This document shows positions 8,570-17,916 of a stretch of DNA of 32,000 nucleotides, in pieces. Made by a program: the position numbers and the translations under genes. Source of the DNA: Candidatus Electronema halotolerans (lineage in GTDB: Bacteria; Desulfobacterota; Desulfobulbia; Desulfobulbales; Desulfobulbaceae). The stretch spans positions 2,940,001 to 2,972,000 of the forward strand of contig OW818675.1 of the NCBI GenBank assembly GCA_942493095.1, read 5' to 3'. The notes below the pieces were generated by a model. That model was not told the origin of the DNA. It ran no database searches and worked only from the letters and a program-made list of their open reading frames with translations. Every line of letters starts with the position of its first letter. The stretch's first letter is position 1.

Positions 8570-9675
8570 ACTGACAGAGATTTCAGAGGCGCGGCAGAAG
8601 ATTCAGGAGCTGAAGGAGAAAATGCTTGTCCTCAAGGAGCATCTTTGACTTAGATGGCAAGAAGTTGGACATTGAGCGGCTGGAAGCGGACTCGCTTGAG
8701 CCGGAGTTCTGGAATGATCAGGCCAATGCCAAAAAAGTGCAAAAGCAGCTTGGTCAGCTTCAGGATATTGTCATGAATTGGGAGCGGCATTTCCAGCATA
8801 TCGAAGAGACAGAACTGCTCTTTGACATGGCGATTGAGGAAGATGACGCGCAGACCCGGCAGGAGGTTGAGGCCTCCCTTGAACGGCTGGCCAAGGAGGT
8901 GGATGCGGTTGAGCTGGAGTGCATGTTTGACGGCGAGCACGACAGCTGCAATACCCTGCTTATCATTCATGCGGGCGCGGGCGGCACCGAGGCCCAGGAC
9001 TGGGTGGACATGCTCCTGCGCATGTATCTGCGCTGGGCGGAGCTGCACGAGTTTTCCGCCGACATTCTTGATTATCTGCCCGGCGACGAGGCCGGGGTCA
9101 AGTCTGTCACCCTGCTGATCAAGGGCAAGAACGCTTACGGCTACACCCGCTCCGAGGTCGGCATTCACCGGCTGGTGCGGATATCGCCTTTTGACGCATC
9201 AGGCCGACGGCACACCTCCTTTGCCTCGGTCATGGTTCTGCCGGAGCTGGATGACACCATTGACATTGACATCAATGAAAAGGAGCTGCGCATTGACACC
9301 TTCCGGGCCAGCGGCGCGGGCGGCCAGCATGTCAACAAGACCGACTCAGCCATCCGCATCACCCATCTGCCGACCGGGATTGTGGTCCAGTGTCAGAATG
9401 AACGGTCTCAGCACCGCAACAAGGACATGGCCATGAAGATGCTCATGGCCCGGCTTTATGAAAAGGAGCGGGTGGAGAAGGAGGAGGCGCAGGCCAATCT
9501 GCACGGCGAGAAAAAGGAAATCGCCTGGGGCAGCCAGATCCGCTCCTATGTGCTCCAGCCCTACCGGCTGATCAAAGATCACCGCACCAGCATGGAGGCG
9601 GGCAATGTCGAGGCAGTGCTTGATGGTCGGCTTGATCCCTTCATCAAAGCCTTTCTCCTCTGGCAGCCCCAATAA
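8562..9675 (+). CDS. prfB: Peptide chain release factor 2 (programmed +1 frameshift)
   Basis: Short zero-frame start MVELTEISEARQKIQELKEKMLVLKEHL, then in-frame TGA at 8646-8648 in AAGGAG CAT CTT TGA C. The +1 frame continues as DLDGKKLDIERLEAD...; RF2 features include GGTEAQDW, GAGGQHVNKTDSA and an SPF-like tripeptide site (SPFDASGRRHTSF). Confidence 0.95.
8634..8649 (+). promoter_or_regulatory. prfB: prfB programmed frameshift signal
   Basis: SD-like AAGGAG, 3-nt spacer, CTT TGA C slippery/stop context, immediately followed by the +1 frame. Confidence 0.9.
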
Positions 9676-9687
9676 TCAGCATCCTTG

Positions 9688-9714
9688 CGGGCAGACGTTC
9701 TGTCTGCCCGTTTT
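9688..9714 (+). terminator. Rho-independent terminator downstream of prfB
   Basis: CGGGCAGAC-GTTCT-GTCTGCCCG: perfect 9-bp stem, 5-nt loop, followed by TTTT. Confidence 0.8.
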
Positions 9715-9810
9715 GCCTTCCCAGCACTGGCTTTTGCCGATGCTTTGCCATTCTCGTGCGCCCCTTCCCTGCAATCTGCCCCGGCCCATGCGCTGGCAGC
9801 ATTGACTTCT

Positions 9811-10839
9811 TCACTGCTGCTGGCAAAAGGCGGCAAAGTCCTCCAGCTTATGCAAGGCCGCGCCGCTGCTGATCACTTCCCGCGCCAAGTCAATTCCTGC
9901 CCGCAGCGTCTCAGCCCGGCCCGCCGCCATAAGCGCGGCTCCGGCATTGAGCAGCACCATGTCTAATTTCGCACCCGGCTCGCCGTCAAGCACCGCCCGC
10001 ACCTGCTCCGCCGCCTCTGCTGCGGTCTTGCCGCCCTTGATCTCGGCAAAGCCCGCCCGCTGCAAGCCAAGCTCCTCCGGCGTGACCGCATAGCTTTCCA
10101 CCGTGCCGTTGTATGCATCAGCAAGATACGACGCGCCGGTGACAGTCAGCTCGTCCATGCCGCCCTCACCCCAGACCACTAAAGCACGTTTCATGCCCAG
10201 CCGGGCCAGCACCTCGGCAATGGGCACAAGCAGCTCTTTGGCAAACACGCCGGTGAGCTGGACATTGGGCCGGGCCGGATTGGTCAGCGGGCCAAGGATG
10301 TTGAAGATGGTGCGGATGCCCAGCTCGCGGCGTGGGCCAATGGCGTATTTCATGGCCCCGTGCAGCATGGGCGCAAAGAGGAAGCCAATGCCGACCGTGC
10401 GCACGCAGGCCGCCATCCGCTCCGGCGGCATGGTCAGGTCTGCGCCCAAAGCCTCCAGCACATCCGCACTGCCGCAGGACGAGGACACGGCCCGGTTGCC
10501 GTGCTTGGCCACAGGAATGCCTACCCCGGCAACAACAAAGGCCGTGGTGGTGGAGACATTGAAGGTGCCGGAGCTGTCCCCGCCCGTGCCGACGATGTCC
10601 ATCAGCAGGCCGCTGGCCGGGTCAATGCCGGTGTCAACAAAGGTCGCCTTCTCGCGCATCACCCGCGCCGCGCCGGTGATTTCGTCAATGGTCTCGCCCT
10701 TCATGCGCAGGGCGGTGATGAAGGAGCCGATTTGCGCGTCCGTGGCCTGACCGGTCATGATTTCCTCCATGACAGCGGTCATCTGCGCTTCGTTCAAATC
10801 TTGACTGGTGACGATTTGAGCGATTGCTTCTTTGATCAT
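9811..10839 (-). CDS. trpD: Anthranilate phosphoribosyltransferase
   Basis: DIVGTGGDSSGTFNVSTTTAFV, KHGNRAVSSSCGSADVLEALG, GPLTNPARP and NAGAAL motifs. Confidence 0.95.
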   Translation of the reverse strand: MIKEAIAQIVTSQDLNEAQMTAVMEEIMTGQATDAQIGSFITALRMKGETIDEITGAARVMREKATFVDTGIDPASGLLMDIVGTGGDSSGTFNVSTTTAFVVAGVGIPVAKHGNRAVSSSCGSADVLEALGADLTMPPERMAACVRTVGIGFLFAPMLHGAMKYAIGPRRELGIRTIFNILGPLTNPARPNVQLTGVFAKELLVPIAEVLARLGMKRALVVWGEGGMDELTVTGASYLADAYNGTVESYAVTPEELGLQRAGFAEIKGGKTAAEAAEQVRAVLDGEPGAKLDMVLLNAGAALMAAGRAETLRAGIDLAREVISSGAALHKLEDFAAFCQQQ

Positions 10840-11104
10840 ATTGCTGTGCCTTATGTTGAGGTATGCTCGGCACCATCACCAAGGCTGATGCGGACACCGG
10901 GCGCAGAACGGATAAATTTCCGGCAAGTCCTACCCATCGTTGACGAAAGGTGTTACACTCAAACTATGATATGCCATGCTTTTCAGCAGCTCGAAAACAG
11001 GCCGGAGTCCCAAAAAGACCGGTGCAGTTTATCCGCTTGCCGCAGCAGGCACCACTGTTTTTTGAATATTTTCCAAAAGGCTCAGAGAATCTTCATAAAG
11101 AAAA

Positions 11105-12145
11105 ATGAAAATCTGTCCCAAATGCAAACGACGAACCGGTGACGAGCGGTGCGACAACTGTCAGCTTGTCTTTGCCGAATACGAACAGAAAAAACAGGAG
11201 GAGACCGCTCAGGTTTACAAGCTGATCAGCAGCGGCGAACTTGAGCAGGCCAAGGACTTGGCTCGGAACCTGTCCAACGAGTTCCCGGACAGCAGGAGCG
11301 ATTTCATCCTCCTGATTTCCAACATCAACCGGGACCTGAACATTGCGGGCAAGTACCGGCAGGCAAAGGAGCTGCTCGACCAGGGCGAGCACGAGAATGC
11401 CGCCATGCTGCTGCGCAACCTCAAAGCCTTTGACCCTGGTCTGTCAGAAAAGGTGCTCACCCTTCGCCGCCGGGCGCAGCGGCGCACGGACGACAGCAGC
11501 AAGTTTGAGCAGGCAGAGAAGCTGTTTGCCAAGCAGGACTATGACGCGGCCCGCAAGCTGCTGCGCCAGCTCAGGGGCGGCAAACAGCAGCAGGATGCGG
11601 AAGAGCTGCTGGCAAAGATTGACGCAGTGAAAGAAGGACTGCTCCGGGAAGCTGTGGACAGCGTGGGCAGCAATTTTTTCAATGCCGCCCGTGAGCACTT
11701 GGAGGTGCTGATCCGGCAATTTCCTGAAGTGAAGCAGGAGCAGGCCGCCCTGCTGGCTCTTTTGGACAAACGGCGCAAGATCAGCGAAAAACTGGCGGCA
11801 GCGGCTGCCAAAGCCAAACAGGAGAAACGTTATCTTGAGGCCAAGGTGCTTTATTCCTTCCTGATCTGTCAGGACCCGGACCTCCGGCCCAGTCTGCTGC
11901 CCCAGCTGGAGGAAATCGGCCCTCAGCCTGCGGTCAGTTTGGCGGACGGCGCGGCAAAGGAGCTGGATGCGTTGGCAGACCTCGGCCTTGCGGCCAATAA
12001 CCAAGGGCTGCTGCACGTGCTGGCCAAGGAAACAAGCGGGCAGACCGTCAGCATTGCCCCGGTGCTGGCTGTGTTCCCTTCACCAGCCGATCAGCCCAGT
12101 CAGTCGGTCAATATTGACGGCGAAGAGGTGGCGGACTTTGCCTGA
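11105..12145 (+). CDS. Hypothetical protein with N-terminal zinc ribbon and helical/TPR-like repeats
   Basis: CPKCKRRTGDERCDNC zinc-ribbon motif, then alpha-helical repeats (ARKLLRQLRGGKQQQDAEELLAKID...). Confidence 0.7.
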   Translation: MKICPKCKRRTGDERCDNCQLVFAEYEQKKQEETAQVYKLISSGELEQAKDLARNLSNEFPDSRSDFILLISNINRDLNIAGKYRQAKELLDQGEHENAAMLLRNLKAFDPGLSEKVLTLRRRAQRRTDDSSKFEQAEKLFAKQDYDAARKLLRQLRGGKQQQDAEELLAKIDAVKEGLLREAVDSVGSNFFNAAREHLEVLIRQFPEVKQEQAALLALLDKRRKISEKLAAAAAKAKQEKRYLEAKVLYSFLICQDPDLRPSLLPQLEEIGPQPAVSLADGAAKELDALADLGLAANNQGLLHVLAKETSGQTVSIAPVLAVFPSPADQPSQSVNIDGEEVADFA

Positions 12146-13425
12146 GCCGCCGCACTTTCTTGGCAAATTTTCTTCCTCGCCCGCATCAGCCGCCGGACAT
12201 TCAGCTCTGTGAAGGAAATCAATCCATACGGGCGGAAGATCATGATCAGGATCAGCAGCAGGGGAATGATGATCCACTTGAACAGCTCCAGCGGTTTGAG
12301 CATCTCACTGAGCAGGCTGATGCTGACCGCGCCGACAACGGAACCGGCAATTGAGTTCAGGCCGCCGAAATAGACCATTGCCAAGGTCTCGGCTAAATTT
12401 TGGATGCCAAAGCTGCCTGGGTTGATGTAGCGGAGCACGTGCGCAAAGAGGCCGCCTGCCACGCCTGCCCAGAAGGCCCCGAACATGAAGGCGGTCATCT
12501 TGGTGCGGCGGGTGTTGATGGTCATGGAGCTGGCTGCGGCCTCGTTGTCGCGCACCGCGTTCAGGGCCTTGCCGTAAATCGAAGTGGTGAAGTTGTGAAC
12601 AATCCAGATGCAGAGGCTGGTCCAAGCAAAGATCATGGGCAGGGAGGAGTAGTCAGGCTGGCTGCCCAGACCACGCGGCCCGCCAATGAACTCCATATTT
12701 TCAATCGCGCTTTTGACAATGAACATGAAAGCTAATGAAATGACAGCTAAATAATCGCCGCGAGTGCGGAACGACGGAATGGCGACAATCAGCGAGCCGA
12801 GTGCGGCGGCGGCCCCGCCAATGAGCAGAATCAGCGGGAAAAGCCACGGCCCAAGTGCGGCAGGCAGCAGGGCTGGGCCAAAGAGTTTGTCGTCAGCAAA
12901 GAGACGGAGAGTGAGCGCGGACGAGACATAGGCGCCGATTGCCATGAAGCCGGGATGCGAGCAGGAAAATTCGCCCTGCCAGCCGTTGATGATGTTCAGG
13001 CTGAGGGTGAGAATGACCGAAATCAGGGTCAATTTGACCACGAGAATGCGGTAGTCGTTGATGCCTGCCCAGAGGTGGAGGATGCCGTAAAAGGCGGCCA
13101 GATGCAGCAGCGTGGCGGCCCAAGTCGGCAATTTTTCCAGACTGGCTGAGAGGCGGTTCATCAGCGGCGCGGAGAGTCGGGCGACAAGCAAGGTCGGCAG
13201 AATATAAATCAGCAGGTCATAGCCGAGCACACCGGGAATCAGGTCCGGGTCTTTCAGCATCACAAGTGTGCCGAAGAGCACTGGAATTTTCGGCAGATAG
13301 AGATAATACGAAATCGCGTCGCCGAGGAAGTATTCCAGCAGCACTGCGATCAGGCCACCGAGGAGCCAGCCGGAGAGAGGGATGGGGGAAAAAAAATTCA
13401 GACACTTGCGGAGCAATTTTATCAT
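12100..13425 (-). CDS. Branched-chain amino acid ABC transporter permease, LivM-like
   Basis: Multi-pass protein with LSLNIINGWQGEFSCSHPGFMAIGAY, GDYLAVISLAF, RGLGSQPDY, GKALNAVRDNEAAA, AGVAGGLFAH and NSIAGSVVGA, typical of LivM. Confidence 0.85.
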   Translation of the reverse strand: MIKLLRKCLNFFSPIPLSGWLLGGLIAVLLEYFLGDAISYYLYLPKIPVLFGTLVMLKDPDLIPGVLGYDLLIYILPTLLVARLSAPLMNRLSASLEKLPTWAATLLHLAAFYGILHLWAGINDYRILVVKLTLISVILTLSLNIINGWQGEFSCSHPGFMAIGAYVSSALTLRLFADDKLFGPALLPAALGPWLFPLILLIGGAAAALGSLIVAIPSFRTRGDYLAVISLAFMFIVKSAIENMEFIGGPRGLGSQPDYSSLPMIFAWTSLCIWIVHNFTTSIYGKALNAVRDNEAAASSMTINTRRTKMTAFMFGAFWAGVAGGLFAHVLRYINPGSFGIQNLAETLAMVYFGGLNSIAGSVVGAVSISLLSEMLKPLELFKWIIIPLLLILIMIFRPYGLISFTELNVRRLMRARKKICQESAAAQAKSATSSPSILTD

Positions 13426-13599
13426 ATTGTCATGTAACAGCTGATTATTTTTAATATAAAAGCATTGAGCATTTCAAGGTAGTTCAGGTGTATTTACTCA
13501 AGCATATCCCCTTTTGCACTCTGAAAATATTGCTGCAAGATTCATCGAATATATAATTAATTCAGGAGCTGGCATATTAAATTTCCCAGCATGGAAAAA

Positions 13600-14937
13600 T
13601 CATCTCATCTTCCTCCAAGCAAGGGTCAAAACAAATCCAGCCTGAACCGCGACAGGAAGAATGGTATTGATGAAATTTGATTCAATAAATGGAACAAACC
13701 ACGGCAGCAGCACTTTTGCCTCAGCGATTTGCAGCAGGCTTGGCACCAGCATATACAGGATGGCTATATAAAAGAGTGCTGTCACATCTCTGTTCTTTTT
13801 GGTTGAACTGAAATTGACATACAGGACAATGCCAATGTCGCGCAGGCAGAAGAGGAGCAGAGCCAGTGGAGAGAATTGAATGAAAAAATCCTGTTCCTTG
13901 TTCAGGTCAGCCAACCCAGCCGCGTTGAAAATAAGCATGACTGCGCAGAGCATGGCGGCAAGCAGGAACGAAATCAGCCAAGCAGGAATTTTTGTCATCA
14001 GTCCGGCCCAGTTCTTCTGCTGTGCTCGGCTGCGGATCAGTCGGAAATCAACAAGATGCTTAGGCTCTGTCAGCAGCATGATATAGAAGGAGATGACTGC
14101 GATGGCAAACGAAATCCAGCTGCAGATGAGCAGCCGGTCAGCGAAACTGAGCGTGGCATCAGGAGGAATGAAACCAGCGCAATAGATCATCATACTGATG
14201 AGAAAAATGGCCCAGACTGTTGGCCTGCTCTCAAACTGCAATTCCTTCCGCATGGCCCTATACATCCCGACTATTCCCCATAAACAGAAAAACAGCGAGG
14301 AATAGAGCATGATGTCGAAAGGATGCAGATCCATGCCGAACCAGTGCGCAGTTTCTTGGACATTATAGGCGGCAGCCGCAAAGGATGAGACCTGCATAAG
14401 CAGCAGCAGAGCAACTATCGAATAGGACGAAACTCTCATCTTTGCCGCTTCTCTTTTTTTGGCAAATTCTGTCAGAATTGAGGCGAGCATGGTTGTCTGA
14501 ATGCAGCTACCAGCAAAAATGCTGAAAAGAAGCATCTTCAGCATCCGCTGCCCTTCCGCCGCTGGAATGGCGGCAGTGCTGGCGGCAAAGACTAAGAGGC
14601 AGAACAGGCCGCCATACCAGGCAAACAGGCTGCTGCCGAGGAGCTTGCCCCACGCCAGACTCCACGGGCCAATGGCGGTCATCCGCTGGCTGTCCCACGT
14701 CCGGTCGTTGAACTCGCTGATCAGAGACTCAACTGCCATTTTTGTCCCCCAGACAAAGACAAGCGCGGCAAAAAGAATCAGCGCGGCAAGTTGCAGCGGC
14801 GGCGCGGCTGGAGCCTTATTGTCCACGCTCAGATAGACAACAGCGAACATCATGCCGATGACAACCGGCATCAGCACCAGCTTGACTGGATTCAGTTCAA
14901 GCTGAATATTTTTTCTGAATTCAGGATTCCAGATCAT
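13600..14937 (-). CDS. ABC transporter permease (ABC-2-like)
   Basis: Multi-pass membrane protein directly upstream-coupled with an ABC ATPase gene (14944..15852). Confidence 0.65.
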   Translation of the reverse strand: MIWNPEFRKNIQLELNPVKLVLMPVVIGMMFAVVYLSVDNKAPAAPPLQLAALILFAALVFVWGTKMAVESLISEFNDRTWDSQRMTAIGPWSLAWGKLLGSSLFAWYGGLFCLLVFAASTAAIPAAEGQRMLKMLLFSIFAGSCIQTTMLASILTEFAKKREAAKMRVSSYSIVALLLLMQVSSFAAAAYNVQETAHWFGMDLHPFDIMLYSSLFFCLWGIVGMYRAMRKELQFESRPTVWAIFLISMMIYCAGFIPPDATLSFADRLLICSWISFAIAVISFYIMLLTEPKHLVDFRLIRSRAQQKNWAGLMTKIPAWLISFLLAAMLCAVMLIFNAAGLADLNKEQDFFIQFSPLALLLFCLRDIGIVLYVNFSSTKKNRDVTALFYIAILYMLVPSLLQIAEAKVLLPWFVPFIESNFINTILPVAVQAGFVLTLAWRKMR

Positions 14938-14943
14938 GGCCGC

Positions 14944-15852
14944 TCATTTTTTGACAGTTTCGAGGTACTGCTCCTGCACCCCTTCTTTTTTGCAGAAAAA
15001 TTCAGTCACTGCAATGCCTTTCTGCACCAGTTCCCGCAGCAGCAGGGCCAGCTCCTCGTCGGTGCCGCTGAACTGAACGCAGACTGCGTCCTGCTCCTCG
15101 CGCAGTTCTGTCACCCCGTTCATGCGCCGGGCAATTGCCGCAATGCGTTCCTGGCCGCTGGCGGAGCGGATCAGCACTTTTCTCAGGCCGCTTTTTTTGA
15201 CAAGAGAACGGTGCTCAACCACCCGGCCTTCGCGCAACACAAGCATGTCATTGGCATACTGATCCAGCTCGGCAAGGATGTGCGACGAGACGACAAGGGT
15301 CATCTTTTTTTCCGCGTTCAGGTGCAGGAACAGTTCTGCCAGAGCCATCCGCGCCTCTGGATCCAGCCCAGAGGCAGGCTCGTCCAGCAGCAGGACTTTG
15401 GGATAATGGACCATTGCTTGGCCAATGGCTAACCGCTGCCGCATTCCCCGCGACAACGACGCGGCCCGGCTGCGGAATTTATCGCTCAGATGGAGCAGTT
15501 CGGCCACTTCAGCGGCCCGCTCCTTGGCAAGGCGGCGGTCAAGATTCTGGGCAAGGGCAAAATATTCCAACGACTGCTGGACCGTGAGCGCGTCATACAA
15601 GCCGAAGAAATCAGGGAGAAAGCCCATGAGTTCATGGCAGCGGCGCGGCTCTTCCAGCACATTGATCCCGCCGACCGCAATCGCGCCGCCGACTGGTTTC
15701 GTCAGTCCGGCAACGCATTTGAGCAGCGTGGTTTTTCCAGCTCCGTTCGGCCCGACCAGCGCGGTGATCGCTCCTTCATCAATCGCGAAAGAGACCTGAT
15801 CCAAGGCCTTGGTGTCTAAATATTCGTAAACAAGATTTTTGACAGCGATCAT
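14944..15852 (-). CDS. ABC transporter ATP-binding protein
   Basis: Walker A GPNGAGKTTLL, signature LSRGMRQRLAI, Walker B VLLLDEPASGLDP, H-switch VSSH. Confidence 0.95.
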   Translation of the reverse strand: MIAVKNLVYEYLDTKALDQVSFAIDEGAITALVGPNGAGKTTLLKCVAGLTKPVGGAIAVGGINVLEEPRRCHELMGFLPDFFGLYDALTVQQSLEYFALAQNLDRRLAKERAAEVAELLHLSDKFRSRAASLSRGMRQRLAIGQAMVHYPKVLLLDEPASGLDPEARMALAELFLHLNAEKKMTLVVSSHILAELDQYANDMLVLREGRVVEHRSLVKKSGLRKVLIRSASGQERIAAIARRMNGVTELREEQDAVCVQFSGTDEELALLLRELVQKGIAVTEFFCKKEGVQEQYLETVKK

Positions 15853-15916
15853 TTCAGTTGGTCCGGCTGACAGCAGACATCATGTTGGCTTGCCCAGTAG
15901 TCACTGTTTTATCTTC

Positions 15917-16942
15917 TCACTCGCACTGCCCTGCCGGTGCCTGATGCCCCAGCAAGGTTTCGGCGGCAAACGGCTGCTGCGAATTGTCCGGCTGCACCGT
16001 GATCACGGTCGCATCTGCCGGAGCCTGATAATCGCCCCAAGCGTTCAGCCGCCAGAGATTAGGTGCCTGCGGGCCGCCGAAGCTCTTGTCCATGCAGTAG
16101 GGTGTGGTGTCGCCATGCACCAGCAGCACTGGCCTGCGGGCTTCATCCCATTTGGCAAAGTTGCGGGCATAGAGGCGCAGATTGTCGCGGAAGCTGAGAA
16201 AGGCATCGCAGTTCATGCGGTTGGTGCTGGTGCAGGGGCCGCCCGCATTCTGGGCTGTGACATCCGCTTGAGTCAGGACCACCATTGCCTTGGCATCCGC
16301 CTTCAGAGCAGCTTCAAAAGATTCCTTCAGCCAGACGCGGTCAGCCTGATCCCGCGCCTCCACCAAAGCCAAGGCTGCTTCAATGTCATCTTGGAGAATC
16401 TCCAGACGACCATTGTTCGTGGATACCAGATGCACGGTCACAAAAAACACGCCGTCCTGCATCCAGCGGGCATTTTCCGGGAAGTTGGGCTGACGGGCAT
16501 AGTGCCAGCTTTCCGGCAGGTTCATCTGCTGGCCGAAAAAGAGCTGGCGGATCAAATCCAAGCTGGCCAGTTCGGAAACAGGCTGCTGGAGGAAATCCCG
16601 GTCGCAGTCAGTCCACTCGTTGTCGCCCGGCGTGTAAAAGACCCGTCCGGGCAGCAGGCTCATAATATCATCCCGCCGCTCAGTGAGCAGCTCTTTGGTG
16701 CAAATTTCGCCGCCGCCTTTGATATCACCGTAATGAACGACAAAAGGCGGATCAGCAGCTTTGATGGCCGGAGCAATTTCTTCATGAATGCGCTGATTTT
16801 CCTCTGCTGAATAGGGAGTATCGCCGATGGCGATGAACTTCATGCTGGTGCTTGCAGAGTGTTGAGATTGCTGTTGCTGGGCAAGGGCGGAACTGGCAGT
16901 CAATCCTGCGGCAAGGCAGAGAAACAAAACAGTGCGTTTCAA
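15917..16942 (-). CDS. Secreted metallophosphoesterase-like protein
   Basis: Signal peptide, FIAIGDTPYS, VVHYGDIKGGG, YTPGDNEW, LVHGDTTPY. Confidence 0.8.
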   Translation of the reverse strand: MKRTVLFLCLAAGLTASSALAQQQQSQHSASTSMKFIAIGDTPYSAEENQRIHEEIAPAIKAADPPFVVHYGDIKGGGEICTKELLTERRDDIMSLLPGRVFYTPGDNEWTDCDRDFLQQPVSELASLDLIRQLFFGQQMNLPESWHYARQPNFPENARWMQDGVFFVTVHLVSTNNGRLEILQDDIEAALALVEARDQADRVWLKESFEAALKADAKAMVVLTQADVTAQNAGGPCTSTNRMNCDAFLSFRDNLRLYARNFAKWDEARRPVLLVHGDTTPYCMDKSFGGPQAPNLWRLNAWGDYQAPADATVITVQPDNSQQPFAAETLLGHQAPAGQCE

Positions 16943-16979
16943 TTAAGTCTCCATAACGAAAAGAGAATGAGGGGTGGCA

Positions 16980-17474
16980 TCAGGGCTTGATGCCCGCATA
17001 GGATGTCGGGGCAGCGGAATCCGCCGCTTCTGCGGAGACGGCCTGTGCGGAAAATTGCTCAAAGAAATACTCCTGCATGGCTTTGGGGTCAAAGTCGAGC
17101 AGGGTGCCGCCAGTGGCAAAATGGAGGATGAAAACTTTGCCCACCGCATAGGTGGTGGCCGCATTCAGGCCGGAGCAGCTCAACATGGCCAAGGGTGCGC
17201 TGACCGGCAGAAGTTTGAACGCACCTGCCAGCTTTGGCGCATGAACAATTGAGGTGCCACTGCCAAGCAGGGCCGAGAGCAGTGCCCTGCTCCGGTGTTC
17301 GGAGAACTTCACTTCGTAAAGCGCGGCCAAGGCGTGAATCAGCTTGAGCTGTAGGGCGGTGACAGCGACCAGATCAACAAAGGGAATGGGGAACAGACCA
17401 ATGCCCGCGCTGCCCCAGACATACTTTTTCAGCGTTTTTTCAGCTTGTGCTGTTTTATCCTGAGCTTCTTTCAT
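16980..17474 (-). CDS. DUF697 (YcjF-like) protein
   Basis: Pattern LKKYVWGSAGIGLFPIPFVDLVAVTALQLKLIHALAALYEVKFSEHRSRALLSALLG. Confidence 0.75.
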   Translation of the reverse strand: MKEAQDKTAQAEKTLKKYVWGSAGIGLFPIPFVDLVAVTALQLKLIHALAALYEVKFSEHRSRALLSALLGSGTSIVHAPKLAGAFKLLPVSAPLAMLSCSGLNAATTYAVGKVFILHFATGGTLLDFDPKAMQEYFFEQFSAQAVSAEAADSAAPTSYAGIKP

Positions 17475-17506
17475 AGCAGCTTTCCTTGCAAGAGAATTTT
17501 GTCAGC

Positions 17507-17916
17507 CTACTCAAAAAACTTCATGTCTTCAACATAACTGCCGATGATGCTCTTGGGATAACCCGGATCAGCCCGGTACATCGTCAGGTCATAGCGGATA
17601 TGCTGATCGCCCCGGAAAAAATAGACTTTGCCGTTGCCCCAGTAGGTGGCGGCATCAATCCGGTCAAAGGTGACCCCTGCCCAGCGGCGGCTGATGAGCT
17701 GGGGATAGCCCTCCTCCACCTGCTTTGCCGCATGATTGTAGCACAGATACTGATTGCCCATGAACAGATAGACAAAATCCGGCCCGGCATTCAGGGCCGC
17801 ATCAATCCGAGTGAAGCCGACACCGGGCAGAGCCTCGCTGATGGTCTTGGGATATCCAGGCGCAATTATGCCGCTCTGCAAATCCATGAGCACGCAGCTG
17901 CCCTCGTCAAAAAAAT
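17507..17916 (-). pseudogene. 3' part of an IS-interrupted MACPF-hemopexin gene (remaining hemopexin-like blades)
   Basis: ORF 17507..17893 (GTG start is probably artefactual) encodes hemopexin-like blades: GYPKTISEALPGVGFTRIDAALNAGPDFVYLFMGNQYLCYN...GYPQLISRRWAGVTFDRIDAATYWGNGKVYFFRGDQHIRYD...GYPKSI. The frame runs back to the IS edge. Confidence 0.85.
17908..17916. repeat. Target site duplication, left copy (caaaaaaat)
   Basis: Nine bases abutting the left IS end, identical to 19197-19205. Confidence 0.85.

Noticed and set aside
10360-11142. 260-aa plus-strand ORF opposite trpD
   Set aside because: Antisense to trpD with characteristic motifs; low-complexity translation without domain features.
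15839-16810. 323-aa plus-strand ORF opposite the metallophosphoesterase gene
   Set aside because: The minus-strand product has a signal peptide and metallophosphoesterase motifs; this frame has no such support.
17507-17893. Stand-alone small hemopexin-like protein with a GTG start
   Set aside because: Its frame continues without interruption to the IS edge and joins the MACPF ORF in frame after IS removal, so it is better explained as the 3' part of a split gene.
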